From a bacterium (GTDB lineage Bacteria; SM23-31): a stretch of DNA of 64,000 nt. The notes under the pieces were generated by a model. The model made no database searches, was not told where the DNA came from, and worked only from the letters and a program-made list of their open reading frames with translations. Numbering within the stretch: position 1 is the first letter of the stretch; each line of letters begins with the position of its first letter. Below are positions 39,620 to 50,833 of this stretch, piece by piece. Location: positions 288,001 through 352,000 of the forward strand of contig OZ252239.1 in assembly GCA_965249485.1 (NCBI GenBank), read 5' to 3'. Position numbers and translations under genes: made by a program.

Positions 39620-42274
39620 TTAATTTTTCTTACCATTTCCACTATACAAATTGTCGATGACATCGCGAAACACCTTGAACGCCTGCTTGTGCTTATCTGC
39701 ACCCTTTATTCCAGCGGTAGCCATATGGGGTCTGCCGCCTCCGCCTCCCCCGATCGATTTCGCAAGGTCTTTTATAATCGCACCGGCATTCCACTTATTT
39801 TTCTTAATCAGCTCATCGCCGACAACACATACAAGAAGTGATTTATCATGAGTTTGTGTGCTGATAAGAGCAGCGCCTTGCGGCATTCTCCCCCGGATAT
39901 TATCGCCGAGCTTTTGCAGTTCTTCCATCGAATCAACAGAGAAATGGTAAGTTAATAGCGGCGGATCGCCGGATTGTTCAGCTTCAGCAATGAGTTTTTT
40001 GAGGACTGACTGCTCACGGTCAATCCGGAATTCTCTGATAGCTTTTTCCTGCTCGGTATTTCGCTTAATGGTTTGCTCTAACTTTTCTATGATATCGCCG
40101 TCTTGCGCATTTAACAGTTCTTTGACATGAACAATCATATTCCGTTCACGACGCATTCGCTCATACGTATAATTGCCAGTCTCCGCAACAATTCTCCGCA
40201 CACCCGATGCAGCAGCACTTTCCGAAATTATCCGGAATTCGCCGATGTTTCCTGTCGTGTCTATATGAATGCCCCCACACAACTCAATACTGACACCCTC
40301 CACGGTAATTGTTCTGACGCGGTCACCGTATTTCTCACCAAACAGAGCCATGGCACCGCGGCTTACCGCATCGTCGTAAGGCACATTTTCTTCGGCAATC
40401 ACCGGACGATTACTATGGATCGTTGCATTGACTCTTTGCTCAACGTCCTGCAATTCGTCCACCGTCATTTTATGAAAGTAGTTAAAATCAAACCTGAGAT
40501 GAGTTGGGTCTACAAGTGATCCCGCCTGTTTCACATGAGTGCCGAGCACTTCTCTGAGCGCTTTATGAAGCAGATGTGTTGCCGTATGGTTTCTTCGAAT
40601 ATCGAGCCTTCTGACCGTATCAACCGACGCTTCGACTTTATCGTTTACTTTGATAGTTCCCTTATCAACTATTCCATAGTGAAAAATCGTTGTATTATTG
40701 ACTTTCTGCGTATCATAAATTGTAACTACTGTTTTCCCGTCTGCTTTTTTCAAAGTACCGGTATCACCAACCTGGCCTCCCGACTCAGGATAAAATGGTG
40801 TCTCACCTTTTAACTGAATTTCCACCTTGCTGCCGACTGCCGACTCGGAAATATTTTCTCCGTCCTCATCGTAAATTCTCGCTATCTCGGTCGACAATGA
40901 TTCTTTCATATATGAAAAATGGGTCTGAATAGTAGATTTGCCGAGTTTATCGAGATCTACAAGAGACTTTTTGCTGAAAGACCGTTTCTTCTGGGCTGCC
41001 ATTTCACGATTAAATTCCGGAAGGTCGATGTTGATATGCTGCTCACGTGCCATGAGTTCAGTCAAGTCGAGCGGAAAACCATAGGTGTCGTACAGCTTAA
41101 AGGCATCTTTTCCAGTGATTCTCTGTGAACCGCTTTCCACTGCAGTTTTTGCTAATTTATTAAAAATATCTATGCCCCTGTCGAGAGTTTTACCGAATCC
41201 TTCTTCTTCGGCTTCAATGACCTGAATAGTATACGATGCATGGTCTTTTAACTCTGGATACACCGATCCCATCGTATCGACAAGCGGCTCGACTAGTTTA
41301 TACATAAACGGTTCATGAACATTAAGTTCTCTGCTGTATCGGGCAGCCCGTCTCAGAATCCTCCTAAGAACATAGCCGCGTCCGTCATTTGTGGGGAGGG
41401 CACCATCTGAAATCGCAAAAGAGAGGGCACGGATATGGTCACAGATTACCCGGTATGCAACACCGGTCCCACTCTCTTCTTCATAGGCAATGCCAGTGAT
41501 ACTCCTGATTGCATCTTTTAATGCATCAAAGAGGTCAGTGTCATAGTTTGATCGTTTATTCTGGATCACTGCCGCAATCCGTTCAAAACCCATTCCTGTA
41601 TCGACATGCTTTTCCGGCAGTTCTATGAGGCTGCCGTCGGACTCTCGGTTATACTGTATGAACACTAGATTCCACAATTCCACAAAGCGGCCGCATTCGC
41701 ATCCCATGGCACAGTCCGGGCCACATGAATACTTCTCTCCCAAATCGTAGTGTATTTCTGAACAAGGACCGCACGGTCCGGTTTCGCCCATTTCCCAGAA
41801 ATTGTCTTTTTTTCCGAGTCGGATTACCCTTCCTGAGATCATATCGGTGTTAGCATACCAGAGTTCTTCCGCTTCATCATCCTTTTCATAGATGGAAGCA
41901 TAAAGTCTGGTTTTGTCTAGCTTCCAAGTTTCGGTAAATAGTTCCCATGCCCACTGGATCGCTTCCCGTTTGTAGTAATCACCAAACGACCAGTTGCCAA
42001 GCATTTCAAAAAATGTGTGGTGATAGGTATCGACCCCGACTTCTTCGAGATCGTTATGTTTGCCACTCACGCGAATACATTTTTGAGAATTCGCAATTCG
42101 TTTATATTCACGGCTACCGGTACCAAGAAAAATATCTTTGAACTGATTCATCCCTGCATTCGTAAACAAGATAGTCGGGTCCTCTGCAGGAATGACCGGA
42201 GCACTTGAAACAATCTGATGGTCTTTACTCTTGAAAAAATCCAAAAAACTCTGTCGTACTTCATTAGAAAGCAC
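39620..42274 (-). CDS. alaS: Alanine--tRNA ligase
   Basis: FTNAGMNQFK, FFEMLGN, HTATHLLH, ELCGG, GGGGGRP. Confidence 0.97.
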   Translation of the reverse strand: MLSNEVRQSFLDFFKSKDHQIVSSAPVIPAEDPTILFTNAGMNQFKDIFLGTGSREYKRIANSQKCIRVSGKHNDLEEVGVDTYHHTFFEMLGNWSFGDYYKREAIQWAWELFTETWKLDKTRLYASIYEKDDEAEELWYANTDMISGRVIRLGKKDNFWEMGETGPCGPCSEIHYDLGEKYSCGPDCAMGCECGRFVELWNLVFIQYNRESDGSLIELPEKHVDTGMGFERIAAVIQNKRSNYDTDLFDALKDAIRSITGIAYEEESGTGVAYRVICDHIRALSFAISDGALPTNDGRGYVLRRILRRAARYSRELNVHEPFMYKLVEPLVDTMGSVYPELKDHASYTIQVIEAEEEGFGKTLDRGIDIFNKLAKTAVESGSQRITGKDAFKLYDTYGFPLDLTELMAREQHINIDLPEFNREMAAQKKRSFSKKSLVDLDKLGKSTIQTHFSYMKESLSTEIARIYDEDGENISESAVGSKVEIQLKGETPFYPESGGQVGDTGTLKKADGKTVVTIYDTQKVNNTTIFHYGIVDKGTIKVNDKVEASVDTVRRLDIRRNHTATHLLHKALREVLGTHVKQAGSLVDPTHLRFDFNYFHKMTVDELQDVEQRVNATIHSNRPVIAEENVPYDDAVSRGAMALFGEKYGDRVRTITVEGVSIELCGGIHIDTTGNIGEFRIISESAAASGVRRIVAETGNYTYERMRRERNMIVHVKELLNAQDGDIIEKLEQTIKRNTEQEKAIREFRIDREQSVLKKLIAEAEQSGDPPLLTYHFSVDSMEELQKLGDNIRGRMPQGAALISTQTHDKSLLVCVVGDELIKKNKWNAGAIIKDLAKSIGGGGGGRPHMATAGIKGADKHKQAFKVFRDVIDNLYSGNGKKN

Positions 42275-42899
42275 TTTCTTCTCCTACAATTTCATCAATT
42301 ACAGCTCTGGAAAAACCCCGTTGATACAAATAGAGCCCAACTTTAATTCGTTTTTCGTGTTCCGCAGTCCGGGGATGCCGTGACAGCCACTGTCTCATAC
42401 ATGTCCGTGCCAATTCAAGTGTATCAAATTCTTTGAAAATATCTGCAATAACTTTGTCAATAATGTCCTGGTCAACTCCTTTTTTCTGCAATTCTGCTTT
42501 AATCAGAAACTCACCGGCAGGTTTGCGATGGATCAAATCAATCGCAAAGCGTTTTGCAAAATTTTCATCGTCAACCAGCCTTAAACGTTTGAGATCATTG
42601 ACAACTGAGTGTGGTGCCGTCCCACTCAACCCATTCTGTCGCATGCGCTGTTTTAATTCATTTTCGCTCCGTGACCGGTATGAAAGAAGCCGTAGACTCT
42701 GCTCTTTGCCCTTCGCCAATTGAGACTCAGCTATGAGTGCATCAAACGTGTCATTGTCTATCTTCTTTCCAGTCTCCAATCCCCGCTGGAGAACCAATTC
42801 TAAAGGAATATCAACTGATTCCTCAGAATCGAAAACACAATTTCTCCAGAGTTTTCGCCGTTTTATATCCCTTATTGCTACGATAACACGTTCCGACAT
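42264..42899 (-). CDS. recX: Regulatory protein RecX
   Basis: LLSYRSRSENEL, LVDDENFA, LYQRGF. Confidence 0.88.
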   Translation of the reverse strand: MSERVIVAIRDIKRRKLWRNCVFDSEESVDIPLELVLQRGLETGKKIDNDTFDALIAESQLAKGKEQSLRLLSYRSRSENELKQRMRQNGLSGTAPHSVVNDLKRLRLVDDENFAKRFAIDLIHRKPAGEFLIKAELQKKGVDQDIIDKVIADIFKEFDTLELARTCMRQWLSRHPRTAEHEKRIKVGLYLYQRGFSRAVIDEIVGEESAF

Positions 42900-43225
42900 G
42901 AGCTCACAACAAATATATTGTTACATTTTTTTCAAAATTTCAGAAACCAAACGACCTTATTCAGTGTTTATATTGATTAATGAGAATCTGTTCTGATTTT
43001 TCCTCCTCATCCTGAGTCTGCACAAATCATGAAGAAACAGCGTTTAATGTATTGAAATTATGGGTTGAATTCAATATAATTCTTGCTGCATCTGACCATG
43101 TACTATAGAATACTACATCTTCATTACTGTAACATCAATACTTGAATATAATTATTTAGACTCAATCGGTTTAATGCGACAAATAGATTGCTTTATCTAA
43201 AAAAATAAAATATTTTAGCTTCAGA

Positions 43226-44854
43226 ATGTATGGACAAATGAAAATAGCGGGTAGAAAACCGGCAGGCACAATTTTATATCTGCTTGTCCCGGTCCTGCTA
43301 ACAATTGGAGTTGTGAATACCGGATATGCGCAGGAAAGTATCTGGGAGTCGATCAATTCCACAAAGGAATACTTTGCAGCGATGGAGGATGCTGATAGTG
43401 CTTTGTTTTCAGTGGAATTTGAAAATCCCTTTTTACTGATATTGAGCATTATTCAGGAGGAAGAATACTTCAATAGAGACAGCAAAGACGAAAAGATTGC
43501 ACTGATTAAAGAGTACTGGTGGCGCCACAATCCCAATCCATTAAATGAGAATAATCCGTGGCTTAAAAATTTTATAGACCGGAACCGATACGTAAAACGC
43601 AATTTTGCCCGAGACAAATATCCGTTCTATGACGACCGGGGAAAATACTGGTTAAAATACGGTAAACCGATCCGGCGCTACAATGACCACAGGACATCGT
43701 TTTATATTGGTTCTCAATTCTATAATAAATACGAAGATGAGACGTGGTCATATGAAAATATTTTTCCCGACCTCGTCGTACATTTTCAAAAACAGTTCTC
43801 TTATTTCCGGGAGCTTGGACCGTTCGAGAGTCTCGGTGAGGGACGACGGCGTGATTTCATGTCCAACATGCTCCTGCGGGATCGTCTCCACGTTTCACCC
43901 CTGATTCAGGAAATTCTACAGGATTATCGGGTACAAGGCAAGTTTAAGTTCGGGAATCGGCAGCGTACTGCGATAGAGTTTGCCCCTGAAGCCACAACCA
44001 CTAAAAAATCGAAAATGGAACTTCTTAGCTTTGTCAGTGACATTTCACAGTTTAAAGGTCCTGATGGGGCAACCAGGATAGAAGTCTCATTCCTTGCTCC
44101 TCTTCCGAAAAATTTCGTGAAACATTTTATTGAAGAATCAGAGGAATTACTCCAAATCGAATATTCCGTAATGCTTAGAAACATAAATTACGAGATGATT
44201 GTATCTTCCCGTTCACCACAGGAGGTGCCAATCAGTGTAATGGCAAAGGAAGACCTTCCTAACGCAGTTGGTAAAGTGTCATTGATCGCTCCACCGCAGG
44301 AGGTTGAACTCACATTACAGGTCCGCGATCTGACAACCGACAGTCTTGGATACGATCAGGGGATGATTGACATCCGTGATTTTGGTGGTAATGATCTCAT
44401 GATCAGCGATCTACAGTTATATAAGAAGATCGAAGAAACCAATACTCGCCAGAGTTCTGTTCTCCCATTTAGAGCGATGGAAGGATTCTTAGTATCTCCA
44501 TACACCTACCTGGCCATACGGAAATCAGAACCTGTTCTTGTTTATTATGAGTTGTATAATATTCTTAACGGCCGGGAGTCTGCAGAAATCGATTTTGAAA
44601 TCACTGTTCAGTGGGACAATGCCCGACAGGCACTCCCCAAACGGATTCTCGGATTTTTGAAAGGAAAGCAGAACTACTCTGTCAGTTTCGCGCAGACGCG
44701 TAGTTTTACGACAAATGCAGCGAATGAAATTCTCTTGCTCGACTTTTCTGATCTTGAAAATGGTCCTTATGATCTCGTTATCAAAATCACCGATATTGAA
44801 AGTGGTCAATCTGCTATTACATCAGTCAAAGACATTGCTATCGCTGATTCGTAA
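43226..44854 (+). CDS. GWxTD-domain protein (exported)
   Basis: YWWRHNPNP..NPW..F..R..YV..F...DDRGKYWLKYGKP...ETWSY. Confidence 0.75.
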   Translation: MYGQMKIAGRKPAGTILYLLVPVLLTIGVVNTGYAQESIWESINSTKEYFAAMEDADSALFSVEFENPFLLILSIIQEEEYFNRDSKDEKIALIKEYWWRHNPNPLNENNPWLKNFIDRNRYVKRNFARDKYPFYDDRGKYWLKYGKPIRRYNDHRTSFYIGSQFYNKYEDETWSYENIFPDLVVHFQKQFSYFRELGPFESLGEGRRRDFMSNMLLRDRLHVSPLIQEILQDYRVQGKFKFGNRQRTAIEFAPEATTTKKSKMELLSFVSDISQFKGPDGATRIEVSFLAPLPKNFVKHFIEESEELLQIEYSVMLRNINYEMIVSSRSPQEVPISVMAKEDLPNAVGKVSLIAPPQEVELTLQVRDLTTDSLGYDQGMIDIRDFGGNDLMISDLQLYKKIEETNTRQSSVLPFRAMEGFLVSPYTYLAIRKSEPVLVYYELYNILNGRESAEIDFEITVQWDNARQALPKRILGFLKGKQNYSVSFAQTRSFTTNAANEILLLDFSDLENGPYDLVIKITDIESGQSAITSVKDIAIADS

Positions 44855-45046
44855 AGGTTGAGCTTTGACACCTACACAACAGTTCTACACCATACAATCT
44901 CTGAATCGATTTCCCATATATATTAGAATTGGTTATGGATGCATTAGCGTTTCTCAGAAAATACCACGCTACTGCGCTCCACGCAATGGTAATAGTTGCT
45001 ATGAGTTATTCCAATTGTATAGATTAAGGTTTGGGAGACGGTGCTT

Positions 45047-46102
45047 TTATTCAGCAACTTCTATTGTTCCGGCAAGGCCGGATTGTACTTCTCCGATGAT
45101 GACAGCATCGGTAATGTCACTTTCATGAAGACTTTTTAGTAAAGATTCTGTTTCGCTGTCGGGAACGGCAATGAGCAGTCCACCCGATGTCTGCGGATCA
45201 AAGAGAATAAGCTTGTCTTCCTTAGTAAGTTGGGAGTGGAAACTGACTTTATCTTCGAGAAATTTCCCGTTTGTATAAGCGCCTCCGGGAATTGTCCCTT
45301 TTTTGCATATTTCACGGGTTCCGGGTATGGTTGGAACAGCTCCGGCATGAATCATAATTTTCAGACCCGATCCTGAAGCCATCTCATACGAGTGGCCGAG
45401 CAGGCCGTATCCGGTAATGTCGGTGCAGGCATGGACCGGGAATTTGAGCATAACTTCGCAGGCAGTCTTGTTTAAAGTTGTCATTATGTCACTTATCGAT
45501 TTTTCAATATCTGAACCAGCTTTGCCCATTTTAAGCGCAGTTGAGAGGATTCCGGTCCCGACCGGTTTGGTGAGAATCAGGTTGTCACCAGGTTGAGCAC
45601 CGGCATTGGTAACGATCCGGTCCGGGTGTACGATACCTGTTACCGAAAGTCCATATTTCAACTCCGGGTCCATAATCGAGTGTCCACCCACAATCAGCGC
45701 ATCCGCTTCACCGGTTTTGTCGCTCCCTCCTTTCAGAATAGCGACAATTATGTCAAGCTCGAGCTTGTCCTTCGGATAGCCGATAAAATTAAGCGCAGTC
45801 AACGGTTTTCCACCCATCGCGTAGACATCGCTTAGAGCATTCGCAGCGGCAATCTGACCGAATGTGTAGGGATCGTCGACAACCGGTGTGAAAATATCGA
45901 TTGTCTGGATCAGCGCAATCTCATCGGTCAATTTATAGACAGCCGCATCGTCTGCATGAGCAGTGCCGACGAGCAGGTTTTCACTGTCGGGCTGGGGAAG
46001 TTCTGCAAGTATCCTGCTTAACTCCGTTAAGCTGATCTTGGAAGCTCAGCCAGCACAGTCGACCAACTCATTCAACCGTTTTCTTTTATCGAAAATACGC
46101 AC
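45047..46102 (-). CDS. selD: Selenide, water dikinase (selenophosphate synthetase), selenoprotein; UGA-Sec at 46046-46048
   Basis: GTG start after AAGGA; KRLNELVDCAG-U-ASKIS...DDAAVY...DIFTPVVDDP, DPQTSGGLL in one frame. Confidence 0.93.
46006..46040 (-). promoter_or_regulatory. Bacterial SECIS hairpin directly downstream of the selD UGA
   Basis: CAAG-ATC-A-GCTTAAC-GGA-GTTAAGC-AG-GAT-A-CTTG; G-containing apical loop 20 nt from the UGA. Confidence 0.75.
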
Positions 46103-46295
46103 GTACACAAATCCTTGGTTGCTAATGAATACTTAAAAGTACCTTTCAGTGAAGATTTCTCCGCTTCTCCACAAGTTATAAAAAATATTGAGGCTTCCGT
46201 CGAAATAAAATCTGATAAATTCGCTCCCTTTTATCTTGAAAACAGCTGACAATAATTGTTCGGATAATAATATAGGGTATTATGCATTAAGAAAC

Positions 46296-47084
46296 TCAAA
46301 TTATCCCTGTTATTAGGAGCAGTGCAATAAGAATTAAAAGACACCCGACGATTATCTGGACATTTCTCAGAGTCACTTTTTTCATCAAGCGGGAGCCGAT
46401 GTAAGATCCGAAAAATGCGGCACCTGTTGCCGCTAAAACAAGATATATACTATTCCCTTCACTGAATACCGAAAACGAATTTCCATAGAATATAACTCCA
46501 TACACAGCGATTCGGGAAATATCAACAACAATTGCACAGAGAACAGAAGTTCCTATAAATTGCTCTTTATTCAGGCCTGCATTAATCAGAAATGCTGCCC
46601 TCATTGCGCCCTGATGCCCTGATACACCGCCAAAAAATCCCGATATTACGCCGCCGATAGGGATGTGTTTTTTACAAAACTGAAATTTTCCAAATGCAGG
46701 CACTAGTTCAACCAGCCCGAAAAAAAACATCAATACACTGATGAGGGTATTCACCGGAGTAAACTCAAGTGACTGTCCGAAAAGTGAAACAGTATATATA
46801 GAAGTACTCTCTGCCACTTTTATGAGCAGAAACGCTCCAAACAGAGCACTTACTGCAGCAGGTACTGCAAACAATAGAACAACCTGTCGGTCGGCATGTT
46901 TCCCAACAAGAATAAGTTTAAAGAGATTATTGAGAAGATGCACAACTGCGGTCGCCGCCACGGCTATTTCAACCGGGAAGAAGAGGATAAAAGCCGGCAA
47001 CAACAGTGTTCCAAGCCCAAAACCAGAAATCAGTGTCAGGCCTGCGACGCAAAATGCTGTTACACATACAATAAGGTATGCCAT
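46296..47084 (-). CDS. TauE/SafE (TSUP) family transporter
   Basis: SGFGLGT, SGFFGGVSGHQGA, multi-TM. Confidence 0.85.
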   Translation of the reverse strand: MAYLIVCVTAFCVAGLTLISGFGLGTLLLPAFILFFPVEIAVAATAVVHLLNNLFKLILVGKHADRQVVLLFAVPAAVSALFGAFLLIKVAESTSIYTVSLFGQSLEFTPVNTLISVLMFFFGLVELVPAFGKFQFCKKHIPIGGVISGFFGGVSGHQGAMRAAFLINAGLNKEQFIGTSVLCAIVVDISRIAVYGVIFYGNSFSVFSEGNSIYLVLAATGAAFFGSYIGSRLMKKVTLRNVQIIVGCLLILIALLLITGII

Positions 47085-47111
47085 CTGCCTTTTTACTGGT
47101 TAGTGTAATGA

Positions 47112-48269
47112 TTATTGAGCAAGAACATCTCGCAGCGAAGCGACAACTGTATCAAGTTGTTCATATTCAATAGTCAGCGGCGGCAACAGACGGATGATAT
47201 TTTTTCCTGCCGGGAGCATGAGCACACCCCGATCCATAAGTGCCGAGATATATTCCTTATTTTCAGTTTTCAGCTCTATACCGATCATCAGTCCCAACCC
47301 GCGGATTTCCCGGACTACCGTCAGGTCGAATGACCGGAGTTTACCGATTATATAATTTCCTTTTTCCTCAGCCTGTTCGGCGAGTTTGTTCTCGACCATA
47401 AAGGTGATTGCGGCATACGCTGCTGCACAAGCCAGTGGATTTCCACCGAATGTCGTACCGTGTTTCGCATTTACTGCTTCGACTTTGTCCGAGACAATAA
47501 CCGCTCCCATAGGGAATCCGCCTGCCATCGCCTTGGCGACGCAAAGGATATCGGGCTGAAGATCGAAGTAATTGCCCGCAAACATTCTGCCTGTTCTGCA
47601 AAAACCGGATTGAATTTCATCAATGATGAGCAGTATCCCACGCTGAGTACACAATTCGCGTACTTGAGAAAAGAATTTTTTATCGCCGATATGGACACCG
47701 CCTTCACCCTGTACAACCTCAAGGATAATTCCGGCGGTCTTATCTGTAACCTTCTCCAGCAGTTTTTCAAACTTGTTGAACGGAGCAAAATGGAATCCGG
47801 GAACAAGCGGTTCGAAACCTTCTTTATATTCTTTTTTAAACACTGCGCTCAATGCTCCGAAAGTCCTCCCGTGAAAACCACGCATCGCACAGACGAAGTC
47901 AGTTTTCTTCGTAGTTAGACGAGTAAACTTGAGCGCTGCCTCGACACTCTCAGCACCTGAGTTGCAGAGAAATGCTTTTGTCAACGATTCCGGAACTACC
48001 GAAATCAGCTTTTCGAGCAGTATTGCACGGGCATCGTTATGAAATGTGAGCGGCAGTGTCATGAGTTTCTTTGATTGTTCATGGATCGCGGCAATAACAG
48101 CATCATTACAATGCCCGACTACTGCAACACCGTGACCGGCGATACAATCTATATATTCATTCCCATCGCTATCCCAAAGGAGTGCATTTTTTCCTTTAAC
48201 AACCGTGATGCTTCGTTTCGGATAAAACATCAATTCATATTTCTCTTCTAATTCTTTATACCGTGTCAC
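47112..48269 (-). CDS. lysJ: [LysW]-aminoadipate semialdehyde transaminase (ArgD-like class III aminotransferase)
   Basis: FHGRT, DEIQSG, AKAMAGG, TTFGGNP; operon context; GTGA overlap with lysZ. Confidence 0.85.
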   Translation of the reverse strand: MTRYKELEEKYELMFYPKRSITVVKGKNALLWDSDGNEYIDCIAGHGVAVVGHCNDAVIAAIHEQSKKLMTLPLTFHNDARAILLEKLISVVPESLTKAFLCNSGAESVEAALKFTRLTTKKTDFVCAMRGFHGRTFGALSAVFKKEYKEGFEPLVPGFHFAPFNKFEKLLEKVTDKTAGIILEVVQGEGGVHIGDKKFFSQVRELCTQRGILLIIDEIQSGFCRTGRMFAGNYFDLQPDILCVAKAMAGGFPMGAVIVSDKVEAVNAKHGTTFGGNPLACAAAYAAITFMVENKLAEQAEEKGNYIIGKLRSFDLTVVREIRGLGLMIGIELKTENKEYISALMDRGVLMLPAGKNIIRLLPPLTIEYEQLDTVVASLRDVLAQ

Positions 48270-49057
48270 GATATCACCGTACCTTTTCCCTCAAGTGCAT
48301 CTTTGATCGGATTATCTGTTCTTCCGTCACTGATGATAACTTCTTTTGCTCCCCCGTCGAGCAGATTTCTAATTGCCATAATCTTCCGTTTCATCCGTCC
48401 ATCAACCTTTTCTTCCCGGTCGAAGAGCTCTTGGTGCGAAATTGTTTTGACTAGTGAATCAGGATCACTTTTATCGTCCAAAAATCCTGGCGCTTCGATG
48501 AGTTGAATGACTTTATCGGCGGAAAATGCGCGCTGAATCACGCCGACGATATCGTCATTTTCAGAGTTAATGGCAAAATTATTTTCATCGATAATCGGTA
48601 TGGTTAAAAACGGTACATACCCGTTATCGAGCAGTAAGTTCAGTAATCCAGTGTTGATTTCCTGCGGTTTACCCGAGAAATCACGGATAATCTTCCGTTT
48701 TGTCCCTTCCTGAACACGTATTCCAGGATTCCGTTTGCCCCGGACAATTGCGCCATCAATCCCGGTCAGCCCGACAGCGTTGATCCCTTTTTGATGACAG
48801 AGTTCAACGATCCTTTTATTTTTAAGGCCTCCGTAAGCCATCATAATGTTGTCAATCATGGTTTCGTCCGAATAAACGCTGGCATATCCAGAGATTGAAG
48901 TAAGAACCTTTTTGGGTGTACCAAGTTTTTCAGCCAGTTCATCACGAGCGGCGTTTGCACCATGTACAACAAGATACCTTTCATTAAATTCGGCCAGATC
49001 GCTAACAATTCCTTCGATATTGATGGATTGGCCACCGCCAATTTTTATAATAAGCAT
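48266..49057 (-). CDS. lysZ: [LysW]-aminoadipate kinase
   Basis: IKIGGG, VHGA, NKRIVE, GLTGIDG, GRMKRK; Thermus LysZ-like. Confidence 0.88.
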   Translation of the reverse strand: MLIIKIGGGQSINIEGIVSDLAEFNERYLVVHGANAARDELAEKLGTPKKVLTSISGYASVYSDETMIDNIMMAYGGLKNKRIVELCHQKGINAVGLTGIDGAIVRGKRNPGIRVQEGTKRKIIRDFSGKPQEINTGLLNLLLDNGYVPFLTIPIIDENNFAINSENDDIVGVIQRAFSADKVIQLIEAPGFLDDKSDPDSLVKTISHQELFDREEKVDGRMKRKIMAIRNLLDGGAKEVIISDGRTDNPIKDALEGKGTVIS

Positions 49058-49693
49058 TTAAAAGTCCGTAATTGTGTTATTGTCAAACTTTTCCCAGTCA
49101 TCTTCACCGGGAAACGGTTCGGAACAAATCATCTTCAGACCAGATGCTTTCTTGTACCTGAGTGTGAAATAGTCAGGATCGTCATTATACTGCGTTGAAA
49201 CATAGAGTCGTATCCCATCTGAAATAATAAAATTCATTGCCCTGATATAGCGTGTTTTTTTATTGAGAATTTCGACCCCTTTCACCAGTGCGGTGAGTAT
49301 ATCACCATGGTCAAACCGCTTGACATAATTGAATACTTTTTCCGCACCGATTCGGCCGGGTGCTTTCGCCGTCACACCATGAAGTTCGCCATTAAAGATA
49401 AACACATACTTCTCATCATAAAACGGCATATTGTTATCAACCACAATCCCTTCATCCCTGAAGGCACTCCGTGCATGTACAAGCAGCAAGGTTGTTTTCC
49501 CAAATTTTTTCAGGTCGTCATTCCAGACCGGTGTAATAGTTTTGTAATGACTCCACAGTCCGTCGGTTAGGTATGAACATCCCCATCCATGTCCCTGATA
49601 TTCTTTGCATTTCTCTGCAAGATTGGCAAACGGCTCAAGGTAATCCGCAATCGAAAATTCTTTTTCTGCCTGAACGGCTAATATTCTGCACAT
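49058..49693 (-). CDS. Class II glutamine-amidotransferase/Ntn hydrolase (YafJ/EgtC/Dug3-like), catalytic Cys intact
   Basis: MCRIL, HGWG, HARSA, NMPF, FNGEL; stop codon directly abuts the lysZ ATG. Confidence 0.85.
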   Translation of the reverse strand: MCRILAVQAEKEFSIADYLEPFANLAEKCKEYQGHGWGCSYLTDGLWSHYKTITPVWNDDLKKFGKTTLLLVHARSAFRDEGIVVDNNMPFYDEKYVFIFNGELHGVTAKAPGRIGAEKVFNYVKRFDHGDILTALVKGVEILNKKTRYIRAMNFIISDGIRLYVSTQYNDDPDYFTLRYKKASGLKMICSEPFPGEDDWEKFDNNTITDF

Positions 49694-49786
49694 TTGCTTA
49701 TATTAGGATCTCATCGTTGTCAATTCAGTTTCCGCAGGACGCGGCACTACATATATTAAATATCAAAGATTCGGAATGAATTGATA

Positions 49787-50833
49787 TTAGATTGGATGCA
49801 GACCTGGAAATTCAAGTCCAGTTGTTTCATCGAAACCGCACATACAGTTCATTGCTTGCACTGCCTGACCTGCAGCACCTTTCATGAGGTTGTCGATTGC
49901 ACTAATCACGACCAACCGTTCAGATCTGTCATCTTTTTCGAAACCGATATCGCAATAATTTGTTCCGGCCAGCAGCTTTGGTTCGGGATACCGGTAACTC
50001 CCTTCAGAGTCTTTTACTATGCGTATAAACGGTTCAGATCCATATTCTTGACGATAAAGCTTCCAAATTTCTTTCTCGCTCATTTCAATTTTGAGGAATA
50101 CATGCCCCGTTGCGAGAACTCCCCTCACCATTTCGATTGCTGTTGCGGAAAAATGGATTTGAATATCTTTCCCGAAACGCAATTCCTGCAGCATCTCGGC
50201 ACTGTGACGGTGATTTGTCGGTTTAAATGATCTGACTGCACCACTCCGTTCCGGATGATGTGACGCATCAGTTGCCATATTCCCTGCTTCGCTCGAACCG
50301 ACTTTAACTTCGATAACCGTTTTATCTTCTACAACACAATCATGCTTGAATAGCGGATAAAGTCCGAGAACCGCGGCTGTGGCATTACAGCCGGCACCCG
50401 TTACGTACTTGGCATTTTTTATGGCATCTCTGTGCAATTCCGGAATACCATACACAAATTCCTGTAAAAGTACCGGATGGGGATGTGGATTCCCATACCA
50501 CGATTCATATTCGGCAGGGTTGTTCAATCTAAAATCGGCACTGAGATCGATTATTTTTTCTGCTTTCCCCCGAAACTCTTCAAACCTTTGCGCGGCTTTT
50601 CCATGCGGGAGACAGAGAAACAGGAGATCACACGTTTCTATCTCAGAAATTGCACAGAATTTTAGATTTGTCATTTTCCTGAGATTTGCGTGCACCTTCG
50701 TGACAAGTTTACCTGCAAACCGTTCAGAGCTGACCTGCTGCAATATGACATTCGGATGAAAATGCAGAATCCGGATAAGCTCTCCGCCCGTATAGCCTGA
50801 TCCACCAACTATTGAGACAGCAATACTATTCAT
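49787..50833 (-). CDS. lysY: [LysW]-aminoadipate-6-phosphate reductase (ArgC-like)
   Basis: [39 protein letters not shown]. Confidence 0.9.
   Translation of the reverse strand: MNSIAVSIVGGSGYTGGELIRILHFHPNVILQQVSSERFAGKLVTKVHANLRKMTNLKFCAISEIETCDLLFLCLPHGKAAQRFEEFRGKAEKIIDLSADFRLNNPAEYESWYGNPHPHPVLLQEFVYGIPELHRDAIKNAKYVTGAGCNATAAVLGLYPLFKHDCVVEDKTVIEVKVGSSEAGNMATDASHHPERSGAVRSFKPTNHRHSAEMLQELRFGKDIQIHFSATAIEMVRGVLATGHVFLKIEMSEKEIWKLYRQEYGSEPFIRIVKDSEGSYRYPEPKLLAGTNYCDIGFEKDDRSERLVVISAIDNLMKGAAGQAVQAMNCMCGFDETTGLEFPGLHPI

Noticed and set aside
42900..43225. recA expected upstream of recX
   Set aside because: Only a short acidic frame without RecA motifs is present
44950..44995. REP-like palindromic remnant between the GWxTD gene and selD
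   Set aside because: Single degenerate copy, not repeated in the window
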